From contig PBWR01000023.1 of the NCBI GenBank assembly GCA_002727315.1, positions 100,722 to 164,721 on the forward strand: a stretch of 64,000 bases of DNA, in the 5' to 3' direction. Positions 17,685 through 28,259 of this stretch are shown here, in pieces. Numbering within the stretch: the first letter of the stretch is position 1; every line of letters begins with the position of its first letter. The translations under genes and the position numbers were made by a program. This stretch comes from Alphaproteobacteria bacterium. Its GTDB lineage: Bacteria; Pseudomonadota; Alphaproteobacteria; UBA6615. The notes beneath the pieces are model-generated. The model saw nothing but the letters and a program-made list of their open reading frames with translations, was not told the origin of the DNA and did not search any database.

Positions 17685-19061
17685 GTGGCCCACAATCTGA
17701 TTTCCCGTGCCCGCAAGGACACGCTTCCGTTGACCGTTGTCGAGGCCGCCGCCCAGGACAAATGGCGACGCGGTCTGCTCAAGGCGGGCCGTGACTGGCT
17801 GGACCGTACCGGGTTTTCGGGAAATTCCGGCAGCTGGACGGTCATGCCGGGGCGAAACGGGAATGCGGACCGCGCGGTGTTCGTCGTCGGTGCGGATACG
17901 GATATGTGGTCGTGGAGCACCCTGGCCGCGCGGTTGCCGGCGGGCAGCTATGCGATCACCGGGCGTTTGTCCAAAGCACGCGCGGATGACGCCGCACTGG
18001 GCTGGGGGCTCGCGGCTTATGAATTTACCCGGTATCGCAAACCCCGGATTTCCCGGCCTGATCTGGTCTGGCCGGCGAACGCCGATCAGCGCCATGTGCG
18101 CCAGATGCTCGATGCAACGGCGCTGCTGCGCGACCTGATCAACACGCCGGCCGAAGACCTCGGGCCTGCCGAGTTGGCCGGCGAGGCGCGCAAAGTGGGG
18201 CGCAAGCACAAGGCCAACGTTCGCGTGACGACAGGCGAGGCCTTGCTGAAGGCCAATTACCCGATGATTCATATGGTCGGGCGCGCATCGGACGATGCGC
18301 CGCGCCTGATCGACATGCGCTGGGGCACGCGCGGCCCCCGGGTGACACTGGTCGGCAAGGGCGTGTGTTTCGATACCGGCGGGCTCGACCTCAAGCCGGC
18401 CGCCGGCATGTTGCGGATGAAGAAGGATATGGGCGGAGCGGCCCATGCTCTGGCGCTCGGTCAGCTGATCATGGCGGCAAAGCTACCCGTCCGGCTCAGG
18501 GTTCTGATCGGGGCGGTCGAGAATGCGGTCGCGGGCAACGCCTACCGGCCATGGGATGTGCTCCAGACCCGCAAGGGGATCACCGTCGAGAACGCCAACA
18601 CCGATGCTGAGGGGCGCCTGGTGATCGGCGATTGTCTCGCCGAGGCGAGCCGGGAGAAACCGGATGTGCTGCTGGATTTCGCGACGCTGACCGGGGCTGC
18701 GCGTGTCGCCGTGGGCACCGAGATCGCCGCCGTCTTCGCAAACGACGACAAACTGTATATGGACCTGGAGAAACACGGCACCGCGAACGCGGACCCGGTT
18801 TGGCGTCTGCCCCTACACGGACCCTACCGACGATTGCTCGACAGCAAGGTGGCGGATATCTCGAGCGCCAGCGACGGCCCGTTCGGTGGTGCGATCACGG
18901 CGGCCCTGTTTCTCAAGGAATTTGTCGATGACGACGTGCCCTGGGCGCATTTCGACATCATGGCGTGGAACATGGGCAATCGGCCCGGTCGCCCGACCGG
19001 TGGCGAGGCCAACGGATTGCGGGCGGCGTTCGCGATGATCCAGGAACGTTTCGGGCGCTAG
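17685..19061 (+). CDS. leucyl aminopeptidase family protein (peptidase M17)
   Basis: M17 catalytic motifs VGKGVCFDTGGLDLKP, NTDAEGRL, TLTGAARVAVG. GTG start with AAGGA SD. 458 aa. Confidence 0.8.
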   Translation: MAHNLISRARKDTLPLTVVEAAAQDKWRRGLLKAGRDWLDRTGFSGNSGSWTVMPGRNGNADRAVFVVGADTDMWSWSTLAARLPAGSYAITGRLSKARADDAALGWGLAAYEFTRYRKPRISRPDLVWPANADQRHVRQMLDATALLRDLINTPAEDLGPAELAGEARKVGRKHKANVRVTTGEALLKANYPMIHMVGRASDDAPRLIDMRWGTRGPRVTLVGKGVCFDTGGLDLKPAAGMLRMKKDMGGAAHALALGQLIMAAKLPVRLRVLIGAVENAVAGNAYRPWDVLQTRKGITVENANTDAEGRLVIGDCLAEASREKPDVLLDFATLTGAARVAVGTEIAAVFANDDKLYMDLEKHGTANADPVWRLPLHGPYRRLLDSKVADISSASDGPFGGAITAALFLKEFVDDDVPWAHFDIMAWNMGNRPGRPTGGEANGLRAAFAMIQERFGR

Positions 19062-19256
19062 GGCGCGGCGCTCTCGTAGCGCGCGATCTCGTCGGATAGA
19101 TCTTCAGCGAGGGGTGCCAGCTGATCGGCATAGCGCCGGTGGCGCGCGCCGGCGCTGCCGCTGATGGGCTTGCGAACCTGGGCGTAGCTGAGGGTGTTGA
19201 TGAACCGCTGGTTGCGGTCGAGCGTCAGGCGGGCATCGTCCCAGGCGCGTGTGGCC
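19062..19256 (-). pseudogene. 3'-terminal remnant (~65 codons) of an unidentified gene, truncated at an AT-rich junction
   Basis: Good high-GC3 coding frame ..HQATRAWDDARLTLDRNQRFINTLSYAQVRK..DEIARYESAAP*. No start codon. The frame is broken by stops inside the AT-rich segment 19260-19360. Its stop shares the CTAG with the M17 gene stop. Confidence 0.45.
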
Positions 19257-19379
19257 TGGTGCCGAACACATATAAACGATAAATATGGATATTATTATTT
19301 TTCATAATTTGTGATTGGGCCTCTGAATCGCTAGAAATGGCCTAAGTGACAATCATGCATGCCACGCTGGGAGGCCCCA

Positions 19380-20690
19380 ATGGTTAAACCGATTTTACAG
19401 ACTTATCCGGTTATTCATGCTGAGAGTGAGGAAGAGCGAGAGAAACTTCGCCCGATCGGCCGCAACAAGGAACGCTATCAGGAGACAGTCAAGGGTTGGC
19501 ACGAGGTCATAATGGCCGCCGACAACTTGGACTTCTGGGGCGTGGCGACGATCGAGCATCACTTCTGGTCTGAAGGCTATGAAGTCGGTCCAGCGCCGGC
19601 CATCATGGATGCCTACTGGGCGGCGATCACCAAGAATGTCCGGGTTGGTCAGCTCGGCTATGTGATGAGTATCCAGAACCCGATTCGCGTGGCCGAGGAA
19701 ACGGCGATCATTGATCACCTGTCCCAGGGCCGTAGCTTTGTCGGCTTCGCGCGCGGCTATCAGAGCCGATGGACCAATGTCTTTGGCCAGCATTACGGCA
19801 CGACATCGACCAAGTCTCCGACCGCGGCGAAGAACAACCAGACGGCCGTCGGCGCTGGTTTTGCCCAGAGCGGCTTTACCATATCCGACAAGGACGTCGC
19901 GAACGACCAACACAATCGGGACGTCTTCGAGGAAAATATCGAGATCGTGCTTAAGGCTTGGACCCAGGATTCGATGAACCACAGGGGCAACGCCTGGCAG
20001 ATTCCTTACCCCGGCGACACTGGCGTGGACGACTGGCAGCTGGCTCAGGTCGGCGTGACGCAGCGCCTCGGCGCGTTAGACGAGGTCGATGATAACAACA
20101 ATGTGGTCAATGTAAGCGTCTGCCCATCGCCTTATCAGGACCCACATCCGCCGGTCTTCGTGTCGGGTAGCGGCAGCCCCGAGACCATCGACTACAACGC
20201 ACGAATGGGCTTCATCCCTACGTATTTCACCGACATCAACACCGCCGCACCGCTCGGCAAACAGTATGCCGAGACCGCTGCTGCGAACGGCTTCAACTGG
20301 CTGCCGGGCCAGAACCAGAATATCGTGCGCTGGCTCCAGATCGCTGAAAGCTATGACGCCGCCGTTGATGCGGTCATGGCCCATGATTTCGACATCTGGA
20401 AGAACTTCTACGCTGCCATGGGACGCCGCAAGCTCGACGAGGCCGATGTCATCGGTTCGATGCTTTCGTCCGGCCTCTACTGCATCGGCACAGCCGAATC
20501 GGTCCGTGATCAGCTGGTGGCCCAGTGGGAAGAAATGCCGGCGGAATTTATCACGCTGATCTACCACTATGCGCAGATGCCAAAGGACAAGGTCATCCAG
20601 AATATGACTGAGTTCAACGAGGTGGTTAAGCCCGCGCTTGATGAGATTACGGCTAATGCGGGTCACGACATGGCTCAAGCGGCAGAATGA
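19380..20690 (+). CDS. LLM-class flavin-dependent monooxygenase, NtaA/SnaA/DszA/LadA-size subfamily (~436 aa)
   Basis: Luciferase-like TIM-barrel motifs (WGVATIEHHFWSEGYEV, GRSFVGFARG, ...). Strong SD GGGAGG 6 nt before the ATG at 19380. Visibly lower GC than the flanks. Confidence 0.8.
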   Translation: MVKPILQTYPVIHAESEEEREKLRPIGRNKERYQETVKGWHEVIMAADNLDFWGVATIEHHFWSEGYEVGPAPAIMDAYWAAITKNVRVGQLGYVMSIQNPIRVAEETAIIDHLSQGRSFVGFARGYQSRWTNVFGQHYGTTSTKSPTAAKNNQTAVGAGFAQSGFTISDKDVANDQHNRDVFEENIEIVLKAWTQDSMNHRGNAWQIPYPGDTGVDDWQLAQVGVTQRLGALDEVDDNNNVVNVSVCPSPYQDPHPPVFVSGSGSPETIDYNARMGFIPTYFTDINTAAPLGKQYAETAAANGFNWLPGQNQNIVRWLQIAESYDAAVDAVMAHDFDIWKNFYAAMGRRKLDEADVIGSMLSSGLYCIGTAESVRDQLVAQWEEMPAEFITLIYHYAQMPKDKVIQNMTEFNEVVKPALDEITANAGHDMAQAAE

Positions 20691-20776
20691 ACCCGAAGTC
20701 ATAATCGGGGGAACGAGAGACGGAAGGGCCGCACTTTGTGTGGCCCTTTTGCTTTCCGCTTCCAGGGAGAGTGACG

Positions 20777-21397
20777 ATGCTGAAGATTCTTGGGCGCGCG
20801 ACGTCTACCAACGTGCAGAAGGTTCTGTGGTTTTGTGATGAGGCTGGGGTCGCTTACGAGCATGACAACGATATCGGTGGGGCGTTCGGTCGTAACGACA
20901 CGCCTGAATATCGGGCAATGAACCCAAATGGCAAGGTTCCGACCGTGATCGATGATGCTTTCGTCATGTGGGAGTCGAACAGCGTGCTCCGCTACCTGGC
21001 GCGCAAGCACAAGAGTGCGCTCTATCCTTCGGAATTTGAGGCCCGCAATCTGGTCGAACGCTGGATGGACTGGGAGCTGTCGGTCGTGGCGCTGCACCAG
21101 GGCACCGTCCTGGTCGGGCTGGCGCGCACCAAACCCGAGGACCGGGACAATGACCGGATCGAGGCGTCGCGCAAGGCGTGGGCCAAAGGCATGACGATCC
21201 TGGACGCCCAGCTGGCCAAAACCGCCTATGTCGGGGGTGACGATTTTACCATTGCCGATATTCCGCTGGGCCCCATCGCCCACAGATTTTTCAGTCTAGA
21301 TATCGAGCGCCCAGAACTGCCCAACGTAAGGCGCTGGTATGAGGCGCTGTCGGGGCGCCCGGCGTTCGACAAATGGTGCCTGATCGAAATGGCCTGA
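20777..21397 (+). CDS. glutathione S-transferase
   Basis: MLKILGRATSTNVQKVLWFCDEAGV.. N-domain, ESNSVLRYLA motif, 206 aa, SD GGGAGAG. Confidence 0.85.
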   Translation: MLKILGRATSTNVQKVLWFCDEAGVAYEHDNDIGGAFGRNDTPEYRAMNPNGKVPTVIDDAFVMWESNSVLRYLARKHKSALYPSEFEARNLVERWMDWELSVVALHQGTVLVGLARTKPEDRDNDRIEASRKAWAKGMTILDAQLAKTAYVGGDDFTIADIPLGPIAHRFFSLDIERPELPNVRRWYEALSGRPAFDKWCLIEMA

Positions 21398-21405
21398 TGG
21401 CGGGT

Positions 21406-22341
21406 CTAGTACCCGAGTGACGTATCCACCGTGTTGGGCAGCAGCTCGCCCTTTCGATCCCGGGCAATATCCCCGACGATCTGCTTCGCCACGCTGCGCG
21501 GATCGGTGATCGCCGCGTTGTGCGGGTTGACTGTGATCTGCGGGTGATCCCAGAACAGATGATCGGCGGGCAGGGGTTCGGTGCGGAACACGTCGAGGGT
21601 GGCTTGGGCCAGACGGCCGGATTCGAGGGCCGGTATCAGGTCGCCTTCGACCAGATGTCCGCCGCGTGCATCGTTGATCAGATAGGCCCCCTTGGGCAGT
21701 TTCGAGAACAGCTCGGCGTTGAGGATACCCTCGGTCTCCGGCGTCAGGGGCAGGAGGCAAACAAGGATGCGCGAGCGTGCCAGCATGGCATCGAGTCCGC
21801 CGCGATCCTCGAAACAGGTGATACCCGGAATGTCCTTGGCCGACCGGGTCCATCCGGCTACGTCGAATTCAAGCGCGGCGAGCGCCTCGGCGCTGTCGCG
21901 GCCCAGTTCGCCAAGGCCGAGAATACCGACGGTCTGCTCGTCGGCCTGGCGCAATTCACGCGCCCGGTCGTCCCAGACCCGGTCGCGCTGCTGCTGGTCG
22001 AGGGCCGGCTGGTTGCGGTGATAGCGCAACACGTGGAGCAACACATATTCGCGAATGCCGGCCGTCAGATACGGGTCGACCACCCGCGAGACGGTCACAT
22101 GGGCCGGGAAATCGGGGTCGCTGAAAAGGTGATCGACGCCGGCGCCGAGCGAGAAGACGACTCGCAGGTTCGGCAGGGCGGCCAGGGCACCGTGAGGCGG
22201 CCGCCAGGCGAGCACATACTCGACCTCGTCCGGGTTGCCGATATCGGGCCAGACCCGGATGTCCGCCTCGGGCGCGAGGCGTTCTAGTTCGCGGGCCCAC
22301 CAGTCGGGCCGGTCGTGGGTCGCGATGATCAGGATCGTCAT
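21406..22341 (-). CDS. D-2-hydroxyacid dehydrogenase (glyoxylate/hydroxypyruvate reductase A-like)
   Basis: 311 aa, NAD-binding GILGLGELG, catalytic region with the R, E and H residues. Confidence 0.8.
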   Translation of the reverse strand: MTILIIATHDRPDWWARELERLAPEADIRVWPDIGNPDEVEYVLAWRPPHGALAALPNLRVVFSLGAGVDHLFSDPDFPAHVTVSRVVDPYLTAGIREYVLLHVLRYHRNQPALDQQQRDRVWDDRARELRQADEQTVGILGLGELGRDSAEALAALEFDVAGWTRSAKDIPGITCFEDRGGLDAMLARSRILVCLLPLTPETEGILNAELFSKLPKGAYLINDARGGHLVEGDLIPALESGRLAQATLDVFRTEPLPADHLFWDHPQITVNPHNAAITDPRSVAKQIVGDIARDRKGELLPNTVDTSLGY

Positions 22342-22351
22342 GGGTCTGTTA

Positions 22352-23986
22352 TCAGGTCGCGACCGTGTCGCCCGCACCGACCGCGGCGAGGTCGAACGCG
22401 GCGGCCATCAACGCCTTGGTGTAATCCTCGCGCGGTGCATCGAAAATCTCGTTCGCCGGGCCCTGCTCGACGACCTTGCCGTTCTGCATCACGATTACAT
22501 GGTTCGAGATCGCCCGGACCACCTTCAGATCGTGGCTGATAAACAGGTAGGCGAGCTTGTACTTCTCCTGCAGGCCCCGCAGCAGATCGATGATCTGGGC
22601 CTGCACCGAACGGTCGAGCGCCGAGGTCGGCTCGTCGAGCACGATGAATTTGGGTTTCAGCACCAGGGCGCGCGCGATGGCGACGCGCTGACGCTGGCCG
22701 CCGGAAAACTCGTGCGGGTAGCGGTGGCGGGCGGCCGGATCGAGCCCGACCTCTTCCATGACCTGGACTATCATGTCATCGCGCTCCGCCGCTTTGTCGC
22801 CGAGCTTGTGGACCTTGAGCCCCTCTTCGATGATCTGGGCGATCGACATGCGCGGTGACAGGGAGCCGTAGGGATCCTGGAAGACGATCTGCATTTCACG
22901 GCGCAGCGGCCGGAGTTCCTTGGTGCGCAACTCCTCGATCTGCTGACATTCGAATTCGATCAGGCCCTCGGACGAGATCAGACGCAGCAGGGCGAGCCCA
23001 AGCGTGGTCTTGCCCGAACCCGATTCCCCGACAACGCCGACAGTCTGGCCCTCGCGCACCTCGACCGTGATCCCGTCGACGGCGCGGACATAATCCACGG
23101 TCCGCCGCATCAGGCCCGCGGTGATCGGGAAATAGACCTTGAGGTCGTCGGCCTGGACGATCTTTGCCGCCCCGTGCACCGGCGCCAGGGCGCTGCCGGA
23201 CGGTTCCGCATCGAGCAGCTTCTTGGTGTAGTCATGGGCCGGGGTCTCGAAGATGGTTTCGGTCTCACCCTGTTCGACGATTTCACCCTGTTGCATGACG
23301 GCCACCCGGTCGGCCATCTTCCGCACGATGCCCAGGTCGTGGGTGATGAACAGCATTGACATGCCGAACTTCGCCTTCAGATCATCCAGCAGTTCCAGGA
23401 TCTGGGCCTGGATGGTGACGTCGAGTGCCGTGGTCGGCTCGTCCGCGATCAGCAGCTTGGGCTCGTTCGCCAATGCCATTGCGATCATCACGCGCTGGCG
23501 CTGACCGCCGGACAGTTCGTGGGGAAAGGCGTTGAGACGCTTTTCGGCATCCGATAGTCCCACCAGCTTCAGCAATTCCAGGGTGCGCGCGCGCGCGTCC
23601 GCGCGCGACAGGCCCTTGTGGACGAACAGCACCTCGTTGATCTGCTTTTCGATGTTGTGCAGCGGGTTGAGCGAGGTCATCGGCTCCTGGAAGATCATCG
23701 CCACATCGTTGCCGCGAATGCCGCGCAGGACCGAGTCTTCGGCGCCGAGCAGCTCCTGCCCCTCGAACTTGACCGAACCGTTCGGGTGCCGGGCGACGGG
23801 GTAGGGCAGCAGCTGCAAGATTGAGAGCGCGCTGACCGACTTGCCGGAGCCGGATTCACCGACGATGGCGAGGGTTTCGCCGGCCGCGACGTCGAACGAG
23901 ACGTTGCGCACCGCCTCGACGATGCCGCCGGGTGTCGAGAACTCGACGGACAGGTCCTGGATCGAAAGCAACGGGTCGGCCATCAC
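22352..23986 (-). CDS. yejF: ABC transporter ATP-binding protein with duplicated ATPase domains (YejF-type)
   Basis: 544 aa, two Walker A sites (GESGSGKS), two LSGGQRQR signatures. Confidence 0.9.
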   Translation of the reverse strand: MMADPLLSIQDLSVEFSTPGGIVEAVRNVSFDVAAGETLAIVGESGSGKSVSALSILQLLPYPVARHPNGSVKFEGQELLGAEDSVLRGIRGNDVAMIFQEPMTSLNPLHNIEKQINEVLFVHKGLSRADARARTLELLKLVGLSDAEKRLNAFPHELSGGQRQRVMIAMALANEPKLLIADEPTTALDVTIQAQILELLDDLKAKFGMSMLFITHDLGIVRKMADRVAVMQQGEIVEQGETETIFETPAHDYTKKLLDAEPSGSALAPVHGAAKIVQADDLKVYFPITAGLMRRTVDYVRAVDGITVEVREGQTVGVVGESGSGKTTLGLALLRLISSEGLIEFECQQIEELRTKELRPLRREMQIVFQDPYGSLSPRMSIAQIIEEGLKVHKLGDKAAERDDMIVQVMEEVGLDPAARHRYPHEFSGGQRQRVAIARALVLKPKFIVLDEPTSALDRSVQAQIIDLLRGLQEKYKLAYLFISHDLKVVRAISNHVIVMQNGKVVEQGPANEIFDAPREDYTKALMAAAFDLAAVGAGDTVAT

Positions 23987-25089
23987 CTATGGTCTCCGGT
24001 AATCTGCTTGCGGGGATCGAACGCGTCGCGCACGGCCTCGCCGATGAAGATCATCAGGGACAGCATGATCGCGATTGCGAAGAAGGAGGTAAAGCCCAGC
24101 CAGGGGGCGAAGAAATTGTCCTTGCCCTGTTTCAGCATTTCGCCGAGGGACGGGGAGCCGGGCGGCAGGCCGAAACCGAGGAAATCCAACGATGTCAGCA
24201 CGGTGACCGAGCCCGCGGTGATGAAGGGCAGGAAGGTCAGCGTCGCCACCATGGCGTTGGGCAGCACATTGCGGAACATGATCAGGCGGTTGGTCATGCC
24301 GAGCGCCCGGGCGGCGCGCACATAGTCGAAGTTGCGCGCACGCAGGAACTCCGCGCGAACGACCCCGACCAGCGACATCCAGCTGAACAGCAGCATCAGG
24401 CCCAGCAGCCACCAGAAGGTGGGCTCGACCACCGACGCCAGAATGATCAGCAGGAAGAGGGTCGGCAGGGAGGACCATATCTCGATGAACCGCTGGAACA
24501 GCAGGTCGGTCCAGCCACCGAAATAGCCTTTCACCGCCCCGGCCGCCACCCCGACGATGCTGGCGAAGATTGTCAGGGTGAACCCGAACAGCACGGATAT
24601 CCGGAACCCGTAGATCAGACGGGCGGTGACGTCGCGTGCCTGATCGTCGGTGCCGAGCCAGTTCCGCGCGGATGGGGGCGAGGGCGCTGGGACCGAGAGA
24701 TCCGTGACCGGCGTGTCGAAGCTGTAGGGGATCAGGGGCCAGATCACCCAGCCCTTTTCCTGGATGAGTTCGATCACGAACGGGTCGGTGTAGTCCGCCT
24801 CGGTCTCGAAGTCGCCGCCGAAGGTGGTCTCGGGATAGCTCTCAAAGACGGGATAGTAGAAAGCGTTGTCGAACCGGACCAGCAGCGGCTTGTCGTTGGC
24901 GATGAACTCGGCGAACAGGGTGAAGAAGAACAGCACCAGGAAAATCCAGAGCGACCAGTAGCCGCGCCGGTTGGCGCGAAAGTTCGCGATCCGGCGCTCG
25001 GCCAGCGGGCTCAAGGTGAACCACAGGAAGCGGCTGCGCCCGTAGAGGCGTTCACGCGGGCTGACCGCCGTGTCGTCGAGGGCCGTCAT
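23983..25089 (-). CDS. yejE: ABC transporter permease (YejE-type)
   Basis: Long N-terminal extension then DppC-like permease. Start at the ATG at 25089 (MTALDD..). Tool ORF extends to 25137. Confidence 0.8.
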   Translation of the reverse strand: MTALDDTAVSPRERLYGRSRFLWFTLSPLAERRIANFRANRRGYWSLWIFLVLFFFTLFAEFIANDKPLLVRFDNAFYYPVFESYPETTFGGDFETEADYTDPFVIELIQEKGWVIWPLIPYSFDTPVTDLSVPAPSPPSARNWLGTDDQARDVTARLIYGFRISVLFGFTLTIFASIVGVAAGAVKGYFGGWTDLLFQRFIEIWSSLPTLFLLIILASVVEPTFWWLLGLMLLFSWMSLVGVVRAEFLRARNFDYVRAARALGMTNRLIMFRNVLPNAMVATLTFLPFITAGSVTVLTSLDFLGFGLPPGSPSLGEMLKQGKDNFFAPWLGFTSFFAIAIMLSLMIFIGEAVRDAFDPRKQITGDHR

Positions 25090-25090
25090 G

Positions 25091-26209
25091 TCAGACCTCG
25101 CGGCTTTCGAAATCGATGCGCGGGTCCACCGCCACATAGGCCAGATCGCCGATAAGGTTCATCAACAGCCCGAGCAGGGAGAAGAAGAACAGCGAGCTGA
25201 ACAGGACCGGGAAATCGCGGTTGAGTGCGGCCTCGAAGCCGAGAAGGCCGAGCCCGTCGAGAGAGAAGATCACCTCGATCAGCAGCGAGCCGGTGAACAG
25301 AATGCCTATAAAGGCCGCGGGAAACCCGGCGATCACGATCAGCATGCCGTTGCGGAACACATGGCCGTAGAGCACCCGCTTTTCGGTCAGGCCCTTGGCC
25401 CGGGCGGTGACGACATATTGCTGATTGATCTGATCCAGGAAGGAATTCTTGGTCAGCATGGTCAGGCCCGCAAATGCACCGATCGTCAGGGCGAGCAGGG
25501 GCAAGGTGAGGTGCCAGAAATAGTCGGCGACCTTGCCGAGCATGCTCAGTTCCGACCAGTTATCCGAGACCAGGCCGCGCAGCGGGAACCAGTCGACGAA
25601 ACTGCCGCCGGCAAACAGCACGATCAGTAGGACCGCGAACAGGAATGCAGGCACCGCGTTGCCGACGATGATGACCGCGCTCGTCCAGATGTCGAAGCGG
25701 CTGCCATCGCGGACGGCCTTGCGAATTCCCAGCGGGATCGCAATCAGGTAGGTCAGTAGCGTGGTCCATAGGCCGAGGCTGATCGAGACGGGCAACTTCT
25801 CGATCACCAGGTCGACCACCCGGCGGTCCTGGAAGAAACTGTCACCGAAATTGAACGTCGCGTAGTTCCCCATCATGATGAAGAAACGCTCATGGAGCGG
25901 CTTGTCGAAGCCGACCATCTTCTCGATTTCCTCGATCAGCTCCGGAGGCAGTCCGCGCGCGCCGCGATACTTGGATTCGAATCCGCCCGACTGACCGAGA
26001 TTCTGCTGACTGTCGAGACTGTCCTGGGTGAGCTCATTGCCGCCGCCGGTCACGCGCGCGGTGGCATCGACCGCGTTGCCCTGAATCTGGGCGATGATCT
26101 GCTCGACCGGTCCGCCCGGCGCGGTCTGAATTACCGCGAAATTGATGACCATGATCCCGAACAGGGTCGGGATAATCAGCAACAGCCGACGAATGATATA
26201 GGCGAGCAT
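25091..26209 (-). CDS. yejB: ABC transporter permease (YejB-type)
   Basis: 372 aa DppB-like permease with inserted periplasmic loop. Confidence 0.85.
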   Translation of the reverse strand: MLAYIIRRLLLIIPTLFGIMVINFAVIQTAPGGPVEQIIAQIQGNAVDATARVTGGGNELTQDSLDSQQNLGQSGGFESKYRGARGLPPELIEEIEKMVGFDKPLHERFFIMMGNYATFNFGDSFFQDRRVVDLVIEKLPVSISLGLWTTLLTYLIAIPLGIRKAVRDGSRFDIWTSAVIIVGNAVPAFLFAVLLIVLFAGGSFVDWFPLRGLVSDNWSELSMLGKVADYFWHLTLPLLALTIGAFAGLTMLTKNSFLDQINQQYVVTARAKGLTEKRVLYGHVFRNGMLIVIAGFPAAFIGILFTGSLLIEVIFSLDGLGLLGFEAALNRDFPVLFSSLFFFSLLGLLMNLIGDLAYVAVDPRIDFESREV

Positions 26210-26241
26210 GAGGCTAAACTAACGGCGTGCGTGAACCGAGG

Positions 26242-28113
26242 CTAGCCGCCGTTTTCCGAACTTTGACGCCGCTTGAGCGCCGCATCCTTTGCCGGATCGA
26301 TCCACCAGGCCGAGATGTTGGCCGCCTCGCCGAGCAATGGAATTTTCTCGGGCTGTCCGAATCGATCCCAGAACGCAATTCGGTCGACGGGCAGGTGGAA
26401 ATGGGGAATGACGTAGTTGCCCCAGAGCAGGGCACGGTCCAGCGCGCGGGTGCGCTGCACGAGGCTTTCGCGTGACGGTGCGGAGATCAAGAGCTCGATC
26501 AGCTCGTCGATCACCGGGTCCTGGATGCCGATCAGATTGCGCGATCCCTGGGTCGTTGCCGCATTGCTGCTCCAGTAGCTGCGTTGTTCGTTGCCCGGTG
26601 ACAGCGACTGGCCCCACGAGCCGATAACCATGTCGAAGTCTCGGGCCTCCACACGGTTCTGATACTGGGAACTGTCGACAACCCTGACCCTCGCCTCGAT
26701 CCCGAGCCGCTCGAGATTGCGGGCGAAGGGAAGCGCCATTCGCTCGAAGGTGGGTTGGACAAGCAGGATCTCGAATGTAAACGGCGCACCCGTCTCGCCG
26801 TTGACCAGCTTGCCGTCGCGCACCACCCAGCCGGCGTCTTCCAGCAGCTTTCGGGCCGTGCGCAGGTTGCCCCGGATGCCTCGTGCTCCCGAACCGTCGG
26901 TCGCCGGGTTAGTGAACACCTCGGTGTAAAGCTCCTCGGGGAGTTGGTCGCGATACCGTTCCAGGATTTCACGTTCTTCGGCGTCGGCCTCCGCCAGGGT
27001 GCCGCGGCTGGCAAGCTCGGAATTGTCGAAGTAGCTGGCAGACCGGGTGTAGGCATCATAGGCTAGGTTCTTGTTGTACCACTCGAAATCCCAGGTCAGC
27101 GTCAGCGCCCTGCGGACATCCCGGTCCTGGAACAGCGGTTTGCGCAGGTTGAAGACAAAGCCCTGCATGCCGGCCGTGCGATCATGGGGGAACTCTTCCT
27201 TGACGATCTCGCCGTTTCGCACGGGCGGAACATCGAAGGCGGTCGCCCATTCCTTGGCCGAATTCTCGATCCAAATATCGGTGTTGCCGCCCTTGAAGGC
27301 TTCGCGCGCGATCGTCCGATCCCGGAAATAGTCCGTACGGATCGTGTCGATATTGTTGAAGCCGACCTGGGTCGGGTGGTCCTTGGCCCAATAATCCTCG
27401 ACCCGCTGGAAGGTGATCGAGCGTCCCGGTTTGACGTCGGATATCCGGTAGGCCCCGCTGCCCAAAGGTGGCTCCAGGGTTGTCTTGGAGAAGTCGCGCG
27501 TTTCCCAATAATGTTTCGGCAAGATTGTCAGATCGCCGATGATCAGCGGCAATTCCGGGTTGGGCTCGCCGGAGAATGTGAACCTGACCTTACGCGGTCC
27601 GGTCTGCGCCACGTTGGCCACGCTGCCATAGTAGAAGCGATAGAAGGGGCGGCCCTGTTCGCGCAGTGCGTTGAAGGAGAAGATCACATCGTCGACGCTG
27701 ACGGGCATGCCGTCGTGCCAGCGCGCGTCATCACGCAAGGTGAACTCGACCCAGGAGCGATCGTCGGGGGTCTCGACCGTCTCGCAGAGTAGACAATAGA
27801 GCGTGAACGCCTCGTCGACCGACTGCACCATCAGGGAATCGTAGATCAGTCTGACCCCGGCGGGATTTCCCTGGAGGATGAACGGATTGAGGCTGTCGAA
27901 GGTGCCCAGTGCATCCGAGACCCGTGTCCCGCCCTTGGGGGCGTTTGGGTTGGCATAGTCGAAATGGGTGAAATCGGGCCCGAACTTCGGTTCGCCGTGC
28001 ATGGCAATCGCATGCGCCGGACCGTCGGTGCCCGAGATCGCTTGGGCGGAGCTGCCGGCCGTGGCGGCGAGACCGATTCCGGCAAAAGCTGCGATGAACG
28101 TATGGCGGAGCAT
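26242..28113 (-). CDS. yejA: ABC transporter substrate-binding protein, family 5 (YejA-type)
   Basis: 623 aa, signal peptide plus SBP_bac_5 fold. Confidence 0.85.
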   Translation of the reverse strand: MLRHTFIAAFAGIGLAATAGSSAQAISGTDGPAHAIAMHGEPKFGPDFTHFDYANPNAPKGGTRVSDALGTFDSLNPFILQGNPAGVRLIYDSLMVQSVDEAFTLYCLLCETVETPDDRSWVEFTLRDDARWHDGMPVSVDDVIFSFNALREQGRPFYRFYYGSVANVAQTGPRKVRFTFSGEPNPELPLIIGDLTILPKHYWETRDFSKTTLEPPLGSGAYRISDVKPGRSITFQRVEDYWAKDHPTQVGFNNIDTIRTDYFRDRTIAREAFKGGNTDIWIENSAKEWATAFDVPPVRNGEIVKEEFPHDRTAGMQGFVFNLRKPLFQDRDVRRALTLTWDFEWYNKNLAYDAYTRSASYFDNSELASRGTLAEADAEEREILERYRDQLPEELYTEVFTNPATDGSGARGIRGNLRTARKLLEDAGWVVRDGKLVNGETGAPFTFEILLVQPTFERMALPFARNLERLGIEARVRVVDSSQYQNRVEARDFDMVIGSWGQSLSPGNEQRSYWSSNAATTQGSRNLIGIQDPVIDELIELLISAPSRESLVQRTRALDRALLWGNYVIPHFHLPVDRIAFWDRFGQPEKIPLLGEAANISAWWIDPAKDAALKRRQSSENGG

Positions 28114-28259
28114 GACCCCTCCCAGGCCCTGGTACCTAACATTGACTAGTTGGGGTCAGATACCCCCGGTAATCAAGGCAAACAGGCGATTTTTCACGCG
28201 GAAGTTAGGGGTCGCCACGCCAGGGCCGCAATCTGGGCCCGGATTCGCCGGAAAGCGGC

